Source: Eledone cirrhosa (lineage: Eukaryota). Taken from it: 64,000 nucleotides of DNA. A program made the translations under genes and the position numbers. Of the stretch, positions 1 to 11,855 are shown piece by piece (position 1 is the stretch's first letter; each line of letters opens with the position of its first letter). Where the stretch lies: the NCBI GenBank assembly GCA_964016885.1, contig CAXHJY010000725.1, positions 62,001-126,000 on the forward strand. Reading direction: 5' to 3'. The notes below the pieces were generated by a model. The model searched no databases, had not been told where the DNA came from, and worked only from the letters and a program-made list of their open reading frames with translations.

Positions 1-30
1 TACATACATTATATATATATACATTATATA

Positions 31-68
<38 letters not shown>

Positions 69-527
69 TATATACAGACACACACACATCACATACACTG
101 ACACACACACATATACACATACACTCAAGCACCCACATCAAATGGGCACATATATATATATATGTTAACATTTGTATATATTTTCAGTTAAGAACTTAGC
201 CAATGTTTACTGGAACTATTTACTCATACTCAACTGTAATTAAATAAATAATATATATATATTTATACAGAGATAGTGTCAGTAAGTTTGATAGATAAAC
301 AAATGAAGTGTGACGTTGCAGACTGGGTGTAATGTTTTGGTGAAATCAAAGTAAGAAGCATTAAATAGCCAGACAGATGGATTGATAGACAAATACCTAG
401 ATAGTTAGGTAGATAGATAGGCAGTCAGCTATTCTAACATAGATACAGATGATACTGAGAGATAGATAGATAGATATGGGTGGATGAATGGATGGAGAGT
501 GGGAGGGATGGATAGAGAGAAAGAAAA

Positions 528-601
<74 letters not shown>

Positions 602-734
602 CTCTTTCTTAATTTAATATATATATATATATATATGAAAAGAGAGAAAAAGAGAGGGAGAGCGAGAGCGAGAGAGAAAAAGAGAGAGAGAGAGAGAGAT
701 TTCATAGAGCATTTTTTTAATTGAGAAACATAAT

Positions 735-821
<87 letters not shown>

Positions 822-828
<7 letters not shown>

Positions 829-1000
829 GTGAGGTTTTTTTTACAAAATGAAAAATAACCGAGGTGTCCTACACGAGTGGAAGTATAAAGAAAAAGGGAT
901 GAAATCGAAAATGCAACTGAAGTCTTATTTTTTTTTAAATATATATATTTAAAAAAAAATAAGACTTCAGTTGCATTTTCGATTTCATCCCTTTTTCTTT
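822..1000. repeat. pLTR-like relic with perfect palindrome 887-1000; related copies 54590-54765 and 14435-14520
   Basis: Shared GAAATCGAAAATGCAACTGAAG / GTGTCCTACACGAG sequence. The 54590 copy has a degenerate HHR (TTGAAAA-GTAG...CTGC-GAAAC). Confidence 0.65.
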
Positions 1001-1001
1001 A

Positions 1002-1083
<82 letters not shown>

Positions 1084-1147
1084 TGTCAGAAGGCTCTGAT
1101 ACCATCAACACTATAAACACAGAGCTGGCATATCTAAGAACTGACTA

Positions 1148-1203
1148 ACTGCCTGATGAGGTCATAGCCATTCAATGGCTATCATCGAAATATATATAGC
1201 AGT
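1148..1203 (+). ncRNA. Type I hammerhead ribozyme (PLE pLTR relic)
   Basis: ACTGC-CTGATGA-[ATAGCCAT/ATGGCTAT]-GAAA-TATATA-TA-GCAGT. Confidence 0.8.
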
Positions 1204-1244
1204 AAATAAAGGATTATGTGTTCATGCAATTGACTTATGTTTCG

Positions 1245-1293
<49 letters not shown>

Positions 1294-1301
1294 GTTTACA
1301 C

Positions 1302-1332
<31 letters not shown>

Positions 1333-1335
1333 CGT

Positions 1336-1742
1336 GTTTTGCAACGAGTCACTTTGTGGCTCAATGAAAAGTTAATAAATTAAATAATCAGAGCTATATA
1401 TCATAAAACATGTCTATAGAATCACCAGATAAATATATACCATTTCCTCTCCCAATTAGCATAATTAACCATATAAAAAATCGAATAGACCAAGCTATAA
1501 GAATAAAGGCTTCTATGAAGAAATCTCCAACAAATAACCGAAACCAGCCCTTCGCGCCGGCTGCGACGGAATATTTATCGAATATTTCGACAGAGTAATC
1601 GTCCAGATATACAGTCAATTAAACAGAATTAGGTGTAAAATAAACTAGGAGAAAAGTGAACACATTTAGTTACCTTAATTATGCTTATTGGGAGAGGAAA
1701 TGGTATATATTTTATCTGGTGATTCTATAGACATGTTTTATG

Positions 1743-1750
<8 letters not shown>
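1336..1750. repeat. Inverted-repeat relic (1396-1468 / 1675-1750), related to 15930-16730
   Basis: Reverse-complement arms between (TA)n tracts; shares a GCTCAATGAAAA...ATCAGAGCTATATA segment. Confidence 0.65.
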
Positions 1751-1797
<47 letters not shown>

Positions 1798-1854
1798 TAA
1801 AAAAATAATGAATAAAACAATGAAACAGTTCCTTATATTAAACAAAAAAAGTTC

Positions 1855-2003
1855 ATTATTTAACGATCGTTTCTAGGATATATATGTGTTAGAATTGGCA
1901 TGCATATTCAACAGATCTATGTACAAAATTATACAAAATTATACAAACTATCAAAATTAAATATACATACCAAACACATATATATGCCGTCTTCAGAAAT
2001 AAT
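1855..2003 (-). ncRNA. Extended-stem-II hammerhead, family A
   Basis: ATTATTT-CTGAAGA-about 115 nt hairpin-GAAAC-GATC-GTT-AAATAAT. Confidence 0.72.
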
Positions 2004-2100
2004 TGTATTCATTGCATCTCTTCTTTCCATGATATCCGGATTACATTGAGTTCTTCATACGGATTGGACACTACCGTAAACTCTTGGTAGATTTATCTAC

Positions 2101-2136
<36 letters not shown>

Positions 2137-2629
2137 ATATATAAAGAAGGAGTTGTGGTCAGGAACCAGATCGACCATAACGCACCAGAGTACTCAATAC
2201 TTAGGGTAGTAGAGTGGGTAATAGGAGAAAGTATGACCCCGACGGCAGAGCTCAAGCCGTTTCGGCGGCTATTTCTGGACGTTATAGAAATAGTAAAACA
2301 AATGCGAATAGGGGACAATGGAAAAATATAATAAAAAAGAATATAAAAAATTAGAGAAAGATGTATCAGAATGTAAGATCGGAAGGTGAAATAAAACTAA
2401 GGAGTCTAACACAGCTGCTATATTTAGTTGGGGCTGCTATTTCGGCCAATTCTATAGAATTAGTTGCTCTATGTATAATCTTAGAACTTCTGTCTCCACC
2501 AAAATATACAAACCTATTTATGTTTGAACATTTTATTTACTGATTTTTACCAACACAGAACACAGTAAGTAACTGCTAATGTTTAGCCCTAGGTCAGTTT
2601 CGACCTATCAAATATCAAACCTATTACAG

Positions 2630-2765
2630 CTCCCATGACTTTCGGAAACAATTTGTCACACTCACAGATGCTGAAGCATGGAACAAACTACCTGCATGAG
2701 TTGTTAGCTGTCAGAACATTGGATCCTCCAAAACTTCCATGCTTCCTGAAATTCACCAACACTAC
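2630..2765 (+). mobile_element. CR1/L2-type LINE C-terminal relic
   Basis: FRKQFVTLTDAEAWNKLPA*VVS resembles the CR1/L2 RxxFF...WNxLP..VV tail. Confidence 0.55.
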
Positions 2766-3878
2766 ACCATTATATACCCCCCAACCCCCACCCCCATGCA
2801 CACATATGTGTATGTATGTGTCTGTGTGTATATCATGACTCATACACTTTTCACTTTCCTGACATTTGTACATTATTCCAAGGTTAACTTTGCCTTTCAT
2901 CCTTACGGGGTCGATAAAATAAAGTACCAGTAATGCGCTGGGGTAATTGCTGGCCTTGTGTCGAAAGTAGAAACAATTATTATCATTATGAATCAATATG
3001 AATCAATGACAATCAATGACACTTTGACTCTGACTCTCCTGTCTTTCATCCAGACAGACCATAGTCAGAGATAGGTAGCAAATTGGCAGAGTTCTTAGAA
3101 TATCACACAGAATGCTTTGTGACATTCTATTCAGTTCTCTGACCTGTCTTAGTTCAAATCCCACTGAGGTCAACTTTACTTTTCATGCTTTTCGGTGAGT
3201 AAATAAAAACAAATACCTGTCTACTACTGGGGTTAATTCATTCTCTGTATATCTTTCTCACTTTCCTCCACTCACCCTTTGCATCTCTCTCGCACTCACT
3301 CCCCGCCCCCACACTCTCTCTCTCTACATCTATTTCTCACTTCCCCCACTCCCTCTTAGTACCCCCCCACACACTTGCTCACCCTCCCCACTCTCTGCAT
3401 CTCTCTATCACCTCCCTACTTGCTCACCCTCCCCACTCTCTGCATCTCTCTCTCTCACTTCTCCCCCACACTCACTCACTCTCACTCTCTCTCTCTCTGT
3501 ATCTCTTCTTCTTAGGAAGAAATTATCAGTGTTCAAACCTAGAGAGGAGAAGGGCTCTGTCAGGTTTAAATTGCCCATAACATGATGGCTGGCATTAGCA
3601 TGTCCTTACAACTCTATCAGGAGTTATGGGTCCACACACACACATATATCATCATCATCATCATCATCATCATTTACGTTTAACGTCAATTTTTCCACGC
3701 TTGCATGGGTTAGACGGGTTGTCCACGCGAGGAGGCAAGTCTGGTCAGGGTTGGCTATGTGTTGCACCTTGCTCCAGCAAGGACTGTATATTTGGATGGG
3801 TATTTTACAATTGGATGCCCTTCCTAACAGTGTGGAACAGGATACATATATATATATACATACACACACACGCACACA

Positions 3879-3912
<34 letters not shown>

Positions 3913-3915
<3 letters not shown>

Positions 3916-4310
3916 AAATAACAGGAGGCTGGACTGGTGTAATTCCTTAAAGGTTTATTATACTATGATCATTTCAATGACCGGGTTCAGTATGAATCCG
4001 GTGACATCATCAGGTATTCAAAATATAACAGATAAAATCCATGGGGCTGAAAATCGAAGACAAGAGGACGACCGACTATTTAGCAGCTTCTACCTCTGTC
4101 GGCCGACCTCAAGACTTCTACAGAGGTAGAAACTGCTAAATAGTTGGTCGTCCTCTTGTCTCTGATTTTCAGCCCCATGCATTTTATCTGTTATATTCCT
4201 TTGTTATATTTTGAATACCTGATGATGTCAATGGATTCATACTCAACCCGGTCATTGAAATGATCATAGTATAATAAACCTTTCAGTCCAGCCTCCTGTT
4301 ATTTTATAAT
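3913..4310. repeat. Fold-back PLE pLTR palindrome with an HHR in each arm (3960-4017 on -, 4215-4272 on +)
   Basis: Arms of about 185 bp are reverse complements. ATAC-CTGATGA...GAAA-TGATCA-TA-GTAT. Confidence 0.85.
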
Positions 4311-4908
4311 AATTAACTCCGTACTCGCACCACCTACTACACAAACGAAGACGGGTGAGTTGCATTACGTTGAATACTCTCCATAATATTACATCAAGGT
4401 TGACCATACGGAATGACCAGTTCTATCCAGTGGTGAACCAACAAACCTAAATATATATATATATAAGATAAAATCACCCAGTAAGTAGTTGGTGTTACAA
4501 AGGGTACCCAGCTATAGAAAGGCTTGCCAAACAAAGGGTTGGGAGGATCGTCCAGTTGTGTCAAAGACATGACAGCCTTTCTAGTGCTGGTGCCATGATA
4601 AAATGCAGTTGGTAAAATATTGAGCTGTATGTAAGCAAGAAGCGAACCTCCAGCCAGTCTGGATGGTCAGTGACACCGCTTCAGTGCTAACACGGTCTGT
4701 GGAGACCTGTCGACTCTTGCTAGCAGGGAAAGCCATTTCTATATTAATTCTTATATATACATATATATATATAGAAAAGTCACTCAATATATATATATAA
4801 TATGGAATGCCACTTTATCAGTCTTCCTTCTATTCTATATCTTCCCTTTCCCTTTGTTTTTTGCATATACAGACACACTCACACACATACCTAACACACT
4901 CACAGAGA

Positions 4909-4987
<79 letters not shown>

Positions 4988-5259
4988 TCAGTCAAATTAT
5001 ATATATTGGGTTGTCAAGCATGAAATTTGTAGAAATTTGTTTTTATTTCTACAAATTTCTACAAATTCCATACTTGACGCCACAACACATTTACCATTTT
5101 TGTATGCCTCTTTCTTCTACATTAACTTTCTTTCATCTTTCTGGGGGGATTGATAAGATAAAATAGCAGCCAAGTTCAGTTTGGTTCACTACATCATTCC
5201 ACGCCCGCCTTTAACAAAAGGAAAGATATGGTCCTGTTGATAGAATGATATATGTCTAT

Positions 5260-5261
<2 letters not shown>

Positions 5262-5301
<40 letters not shown>

Positions 5302-5535
5302 GTTTAACGTCTATCTTCCACGCTAGCATGGGTTAGACGGGAGTTATCCCACTTGAGGCAAGATTGGTCGGGTGTCTGTGTCTCACTCGTATAGGACCAT
5401 CTGGCAGGTTTTCTACGGCTGGATGCCCTTCCTAACCCCAACTATATTTACTGTGTGGACTGGGAGCTTTTTACCGTGTTACCTACACGACCACATTACA
5501 GAGTGACTTTTGTTTTTGTCGTGACACCTACACAA
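5262..5535 (-). mobile_element. SINE-like repeat with (ATG)n tail (copies 3648-3840, 4478-4620)
   Basis: Shared (CAT)n-CGTTTAACGTC...TTCCACGCT.GCATGGGTTAGACGG and GGATGCCCTTCCTAAC. Confidence 0.6.
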
Positions 5536-5562
5536 CCTCATAGAACGAGAGACGGAGAGAGA

Positions 5563-5638
<76 letters not shown>

Positions 5639-5766
5639 GAGATTGAGAGATAAATAGATAGATAAATATAGATATATGTATATCTATTTATATATGTATA
5701 AAAAGATATGATCCTGCTGATAGAAAGATATATGTGTATACATACAGACACACACACGCACGCACG

Positions 5767-5812
<46 letters not shown>

Positions 5813-5879
5813 CATATTGGAAAATGTGTGAAATCCTTGGTACAGTTAGGTATATTTGAAAAAAAAGAAAAGAATGTTT

Positions 5880-7100
5880 AGAACTACAAGTGAAGTCATT
5901 CTTTTCCTTACGGACCTTAATGTACGCACCCCTCGCACACCCACCATCTACTTCCTCCATAAAATACACAAACAAAATAATCCTGGCCGTACTATCGTTT
6001 CTGCGTGCAACTGCCCCATCGAGATAATTTCTGAATATTTAGACACCAAGTTCGCAACCGTTGGTCGGCAATCTCCTCTCCCACATCCACGTATACAAAT
6101 CATGCCCTTAGACTCTTCAACTCTTTCTCCTTCCCTCCTGCTCCCTCCCGCCATCTCTTTACCCTGGACATCACTTCTCTCTATACCGTAATCCCTCACG
6201 ATGACTGTCTCCGCGCTCTCCAGCATTTTTAACATTTACGCCCTACTCCTTACTCCAGCACTACCACTCTTCTCGGGGCGCCGTATGGCGGACCGTTTTG
6301 CCGAACATTTGAGGGACATACGACTCGGTTTGGATACTCCTGTCGTCCGTCATTTCTGTTCTCCTGGTCATCCTTCCCTACATGTTTCAGTCCTGGGTGT
6401 CCTTTCACATCATGGATCACAGGCCTCGCGCACCAGGACTGAACAAAGTCTGATTCACCGCCTTGGGTCCTATTCCCCTCTTGGACTCAACTCACCTACC
6501 CAATTTCTCTAATACCACATCCATTATCACACCCCTAGTTTCCTATCACTTTCTCTTGATCATTAGCAGCTTCTCTTACAACTAATACATGCCGACTATA
6601 TATGCTCACTCCACATTTCCCTTCACTGCTCTGTATACACACATACACACCCTTATATTAACATACTTTTGCTCATAGCTTCGTACTTACATGCACACAC
6701 ACTCTTTTACTCACATATACACACACATTTCTTCTTAGCTCCGTATAATAACACGCATACACACACATAAACATATGCTTATGCACGTGCACAAATATAG
6801 CTCTTTTTACAAAACGTTTTTTTTTTTCCATTTCAGGTAGACGCGCTCCATCATCCACTTTTCTAAAAAATAAATCATACACAAAACGCCAGCACCAACA
6901 GTTTTGCAAGAGATGTCAACATGAATGGACCTGTTATTTTTATTTAAAGACATTTTTTCGAATTCCATCCCACCCGTCCCCTCAATCTATTTTACTTCTC
7001 ATTCTTTCTTCTGATGAAGGACTAGCGTCCGAAACGTTAAGAACCTCTTCCTACTATATCAAGCGTTAACCTAATAAATACCTTCCACTGTACCCTATTA
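5880..7100 (+). mobile_element. Internally deleted Neptune-type PLE (RT fragment fused to endonuclease tail, 3' UTR, pLTR with HHR)
   Basis: RTPTIYFLHKIHKQNNPGRTIVSACNCP (RT), RRMADRFAEHLRDIR...RHFCSPGH...EQSLIHRLGSYSPLGLN (endonuclease C-terminus), HHR at 7006-7043. Confidence 0.85.
7006..7043 (+). ncRNA. Minimal type I hammerhead (related copies 14624-14660, 44628-44665, 44888-44920)
   Basis: TTCTT-CTGATGA-A-GGAC-TAGC-GTCC-GAAAC-GTT-AAGAA. Confidence 0.85.
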
Positions 7101-7233
7101 ATGACGTATTATTCCTTTTTTCCCGTTCTTCGCCAGCGAACGTTACCACGAACCAAAGTATCGTCTTCCTGTCTTCCTCCGGTTGCAACGTTTTTTGAAA
7201 TATCCAGTTCTGCGTCTACAGATTGACTTTGTT

Positions 7234-7284
7234 AGTTTCAGAAGATCCCGTTAAGGGTGAAAGCAGCGATTCTTTGCTTAAACT
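7234..7284 (+). ncRNA. Type I hammerhead with CAGAAGA (U4A) core; copies on - strand near 46910-46961 and 48587-48637
   Basis: AGTTT-CAGAAGA-TCCC-GTTAA-GGGT-GAA-AGCA-loop-TGCT-T-AAACT. Confidence 0.62.
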
Positions 7285-7387
7285 TTAATCTATTATTTTA
7301 ATAAATATTTGCTCTACGGTTCTTATATATTTGATATATATTTTCCTTATCGAGCCCTCTTTGGATTTTAGTCTTCAATTTTATTAT

Positions 7388-7436
<49 letters not shown>

Positions 7437-7800
7437 TACATCATACACTCACACACACATATTTGTATATCAGTCTATCCACATGGTAGAAATCATCAAT
7501 ATTAAGAAGTAACTATTATTTGGCAGTATCGGTAGAGGGTCGGACATCATGCTTTGCAGGATAGAGTTATGGGCCTTTACTGTGTGATTTCAAATCCCAC
7601 TTTCATCATTACGGGGGTTGATAAAATATAGCACCAGTAATGCACTGGGTTCGATATAATCAACATTCTCCTCCCCTAAAATGTTTGCCATTGTGCCTAA
7701 ATCAGAAACCATTATAGATGAGGGGGATGTCATAACTTTCTGTCTATCAACCTCTTTCTGTCACCTTGGAAACACACGGCCTTCCCTTTTATCTCTCTCC

Positions 7801-7898
<98 letters not shown>

Positions 7899-8139
7899 AT
7901 ATCTCCCGCTTGGCGCTCACCCTCTCTCTATATAGATGAGAGCGGCGTCATAACTATCTGTCTCTCTACCTCTTTCTGTCACCTCAAAAACACACAGCCT
8001 TCCCTTTTCTGTCTCAAGCTATATACATATCTCTCGCTTGGCGCTCCCCATTCTGTTTATATAAAGTGAGCGCGACAGACGGAGAGACGGACGTACGGGC
8101 GGACAGAAAGAAAGCGTTCTTATTATTATTAATATAGAG

Positions 8140-8989
8140 CAGGGGTTCTCAACCTGGTCCATGTGGACCACTAGTGGTCCACAGGAAAATTCAGGTGGTC
8201 CACAGAAAATTTTCAAAAGCAAATTCTTTATTGATCCATGCATTTGACTTAAAGCGCTGTTCCTCTTCTTCGCATATGTACGACTTCAGCTGCTTATTTT
8301 CGTAGATTTTTAGGCACTGCGACATGATAATAGCATTTTCTAATTCATTGAAAGAAAAACATCTACTGATGCTTATAAGTAGCAGTTCTATTACAAAAGA
8401 TTTAAAAGTTTAGGTGGTCAACAGGAAAAGTTTACTTATTTTGGTGGTCCACAGCGAAAAAATTACTTATTTTGGTGGTCCACAGGAAAAAATTACCTTT
8501 TTTGGTGGTCCACAGGAAAAAATTCATTATTTTGGTGGTCCACAGGAAAAAATTCATTATTTTGGTGGTCCACAGGAAAAAATTCATTATTTTGGTGGTC
8601 CACAGGAAAAAATTCATTATTTTGGTGGTCCACAGGAAATAATTCATTATTTTAGTGGTCCACAGGAAAAAATTCATTATTTTGGTGGTCCACAGGAAAA
8701 AATTCATTATTTTGGTGGTCCACAGGAAAAAATTCATTATTTTGGTGGTCCACAGGAAAAAATTCATTATTTTGGTGGTTCACAGGAAAAAATTACTTAT
8801 TTTGGTGGTCCACAGAAAAAAATTACTTATTTTGGTGGTCAAGAGGAAAAAATTAGTTATTTTGGTGGTCCACAGGAAAAAATTACTTATTTTGGTGGTT
8901 CACAGGAAACAATTACTTATTTTGGTGGTCCACAGGAAAAAATTACTTGTTTTGGTGGTCCACAGCGAAAAAAAGGTTGAGAATCCCTG
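8140..8989 (+). mobile_element. hAT (Charlie-like) non-autonomous element containing a 30-bp minisatellite
   Basis: TIRs CAGGGGTTCTCAACCT / AGGTTGAGAATCCCTG; left 8-bp target ATATAGAG. Confidence 0.88.
8430..8965. repeat. 30-bp minisatellite, about 18 units (TTTGGTGGTCCACAGGAAAAAATTCATTAT)
   Basis: Head-to-tail units without spacers; the GTGGTCCACAG core also occurs near the left TIR. Confidence 0.95.
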
Positions 8990-9657
8990 AAAGCGCTCTT
9001 ATTATAATACTCTATATTATAGAGTATTATAATAAGAGCGCTTTCTTTCTGTTAGCCAGCCAGTCAGTAGGCTAGTCAGAATGTCAGCCATCCATCCAGT
9101 CAGCCAGCCATCCATCCATCCAGTCAGCCAGCCAGCCATCCAGTCAGCCAGCTAGCCAGCCAGCTAAAATTATATTGTAATACATAACAAATACAGGCAG
9201 TTTGTACGTATAACAACTATATTGCACAAGACTAATTCCTATACCAAAACAAAATGGTATTAAAAAACAATAAAGCTGACGGCCGTATGTATGTAACACA
9301 CTTTTCGCCAAACGGCTGAACCAAACGGCAACAAATTTGCCCCATAGATGAAACTTTTTCCAAGAAAGTGAGGGTAATTTTGTCTACTAAATTTTGTTAA
9401 AAGATTAAAGATATTATTTAAATATTAACCTCTTTAAAATTTTCAAATGTCAACACTTCCGGTTATACGACATTCCTCTCTCTTTCTTAGTCTGTCTTTT
9501 TAGATTGATACTTAGCTATAACATCGCGCCCTTATAATATGTCTCTGTATGTCTGTCTGTCTGCATTATGTAAACCATTCGGTACATTGATTCGCTATCT
9601 CTGTGTGAGTGTGTATATGTATATATAGTGTGTGTATATATATATTATATATATATA

Positions 9658-9699
<42 letters not shown>

Positions 9700-9946
9700 T
9701 TAGTATTATAAATAAGAGACTGTTTAATTTGTACATTTTATTACAGTATTCCTTTATACGTATATATACATACATAAACATGTTATTTACAGTTGTATAA
9801 AAAAGAAGTATAATTGTTTCTACTTTTGGCAGAAGACCACCAATTATTCCAGTACATTACTAGTACTTTATTATATATAATATATATAATACGATATTCC
9901 TCTTTCTTTCTTACTCTGTCTACCATTGGTGTGTTCTTCGGCATTC

Positions 9947-10022
<76 letters not shown>

Positions 10023-10461
10023 AGTGTAATTTTCTACACAAAACGAAGGTTATAGAGAAAATTGAGGTTGGTAATGGCACATGGAATATATAAGAGACAG
10101 AATACTTTTTTGTGAAAAAACATAATATATATATAGCTTCGCTTGGATAAACAGATATTAAGCCGTCTGTCTAGTATAGTATTACTGTTATAGTATAGTA
10201 TTATTATATAGTATAATATAGTATTACTGTTGAAAATATATAGTATAGTATGACTGTTGAAAACATATAGTGTCTATACATATATATAAAACTGAAATTG
10301 TCTGTGTGCGTGTGTGTCCTAATTTTTGCAAAGTCTATACAAATCCACATTTCTACTCCGATTGACCTCAAATTTGCATTTATATATTCCTTGCGGTCTA
10401 AAGATATTAAGTGCAGCTTTTATTTTTCAATTTTCTGTCGCTAACGGGGTGTTAGGCGCCA

Positions 10462-10621
<160 letters not shown>

Positions 10622-10707
10622 ATTAATATATATATATATATAGTATGTTATTCCGGATTGAATCGGCGGTAACCACAGTAAGTTACTCAATACATAGCAG
10701 AGTATTA

Positions 10708-10837
10708 AAGTTTTAATATAGATGATATTCTACAGGACTAGAACTGTTTCATTCTTTAGAAATCATCAGGAATTCCTGATGATTTCTAAAGAATGAAACA
10801 GTTCTAGTCCTGTAGAATCTCATCTATATTAAAACTT
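10708..10837. repeat. Near-perfect palindrome of two back-to-back hammerheads centred on GAATTC
   Basis: ATTC-CTGATGA-TTTCTAAAGAAT-GAA-ACAG-loop-CTGT-A-GAAT on both strands. Confidence 0.85.
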
Positions 10838-10961
10838 ATATATATATATATGTATGTATACACACACACACACGCATACACACTACACAGACACACACAC
10901 GTGGGCGCGCGCACGCATATATTTATATGTGGTTACCTCCGATTAAACCCGGAATAACGTA

Positions 10962-11006
<45 letters not shown>

Positions 11007-11010
<4 letters not shown>

Positions 11011-11135
11011 CTGAGGACGGCATCATGTATATGTGAAGGTATGTATATTTCCTCTGATAATTTGTAATATTTTTGCATAGATCTATATGATATACATACC
11101 AACACACATATACATCCCAGAAACGATCGTAAAAT
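11007..11135 (+). ncRNA. Extended-stem-II hammerhead, family A
   Basis: ATTT-CTGAGGA-about 100 nt hairpin (ATGTATATGTG/CACATATACAT, GGTATGTATAT/ATATACATACC)-GAAAC-GATC-GTA-AAAT. Confidence 0.72.
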
Positions 11136-11331
11136 GATGAATTTTTTAATATAAAGAACTTGTTCTTTGTGTTTATTTCATTGTTTTTATTAATATATAT
11201 ATATATATATATATATACATACAAGTATCGAGATACATGCGAGCGAGTCCAACCAATACCACTTTTGCTCAATGAAGGAGTTAATAATAATCAACGTTTC
11301 CTTTTCCCAAATATCTTCTGGAGAGAGATAG

Positions 11332-11362
<31 letters not shown>

Positions 11363-11437
11363 CAGAGAGAAAGAGAGAGAGAAAGAGAGAGGGGCGGTAA
11401 TAGACGGTGGTACTATTCAACTGGTATTATTATTGGG

Positions 11438-11850
11438 GGTGGAGGATTGGCAGTATCGGTAGGGGGTCGGACACCATGCTTTGACGCATAGAGTTACGGC
11501 CCTTGCCATTCTGAGTTCAAATCCCGCCGAGGTTAACTTTGCCTTTCATCCTTACGGGTTCGAGGAAATAAAGTACAGGTAATGTACTGGGTAATTGCTG
11601 GGCTTGTGCCAAAAAGTAGAAACAATTATTATATTATTGGCGGTGGATTGGCAGTATCGGGGGAGGGTCGGACGCCATGCTTTGCAGCATGGAGTTACGG
11701 GCCTTTACGTTCTGAGTTCAAATGCCGCCGAGGTTAATTTTGCCTTTCATTCTTACGGGGTCGATAAACTAAAGTACCAGTAATGCACTGATGTTGATTT
11801 ATTCGACCCCCCCCCACACACACACATTGTGCTTATATAAGAAACCATTA
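11438..11850 (+). mobile_element. tRNA-derived SINE with Nin/Deu-like central domain, tandem pair
   Basis: A box TGGCAGTATCGG, B box GAGTTCAAATCC, CTTTCATCCTTACGGGGTCGATAAAATAAAGTACCAG. About 20 copies: 2879, 3075, 7519, 19059(-), 19696, 23988, 24293(-), 24506(-), 26641, 26763, 27170, 41765, 43381(-), 51166, 51886(-), 53838, 57793(-), 57991(-), 58428(-). Confidence 0.85.
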
Positions 11851-11855
11851 TTATC

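Noticed and set aside
8430-8965. CRISPR array or repeat-protein gene
   Set aside because: Units are contiguous with no unique spacers, no cas genes are present, the context is eukaryotic, and the array lies within hAT TIRs.
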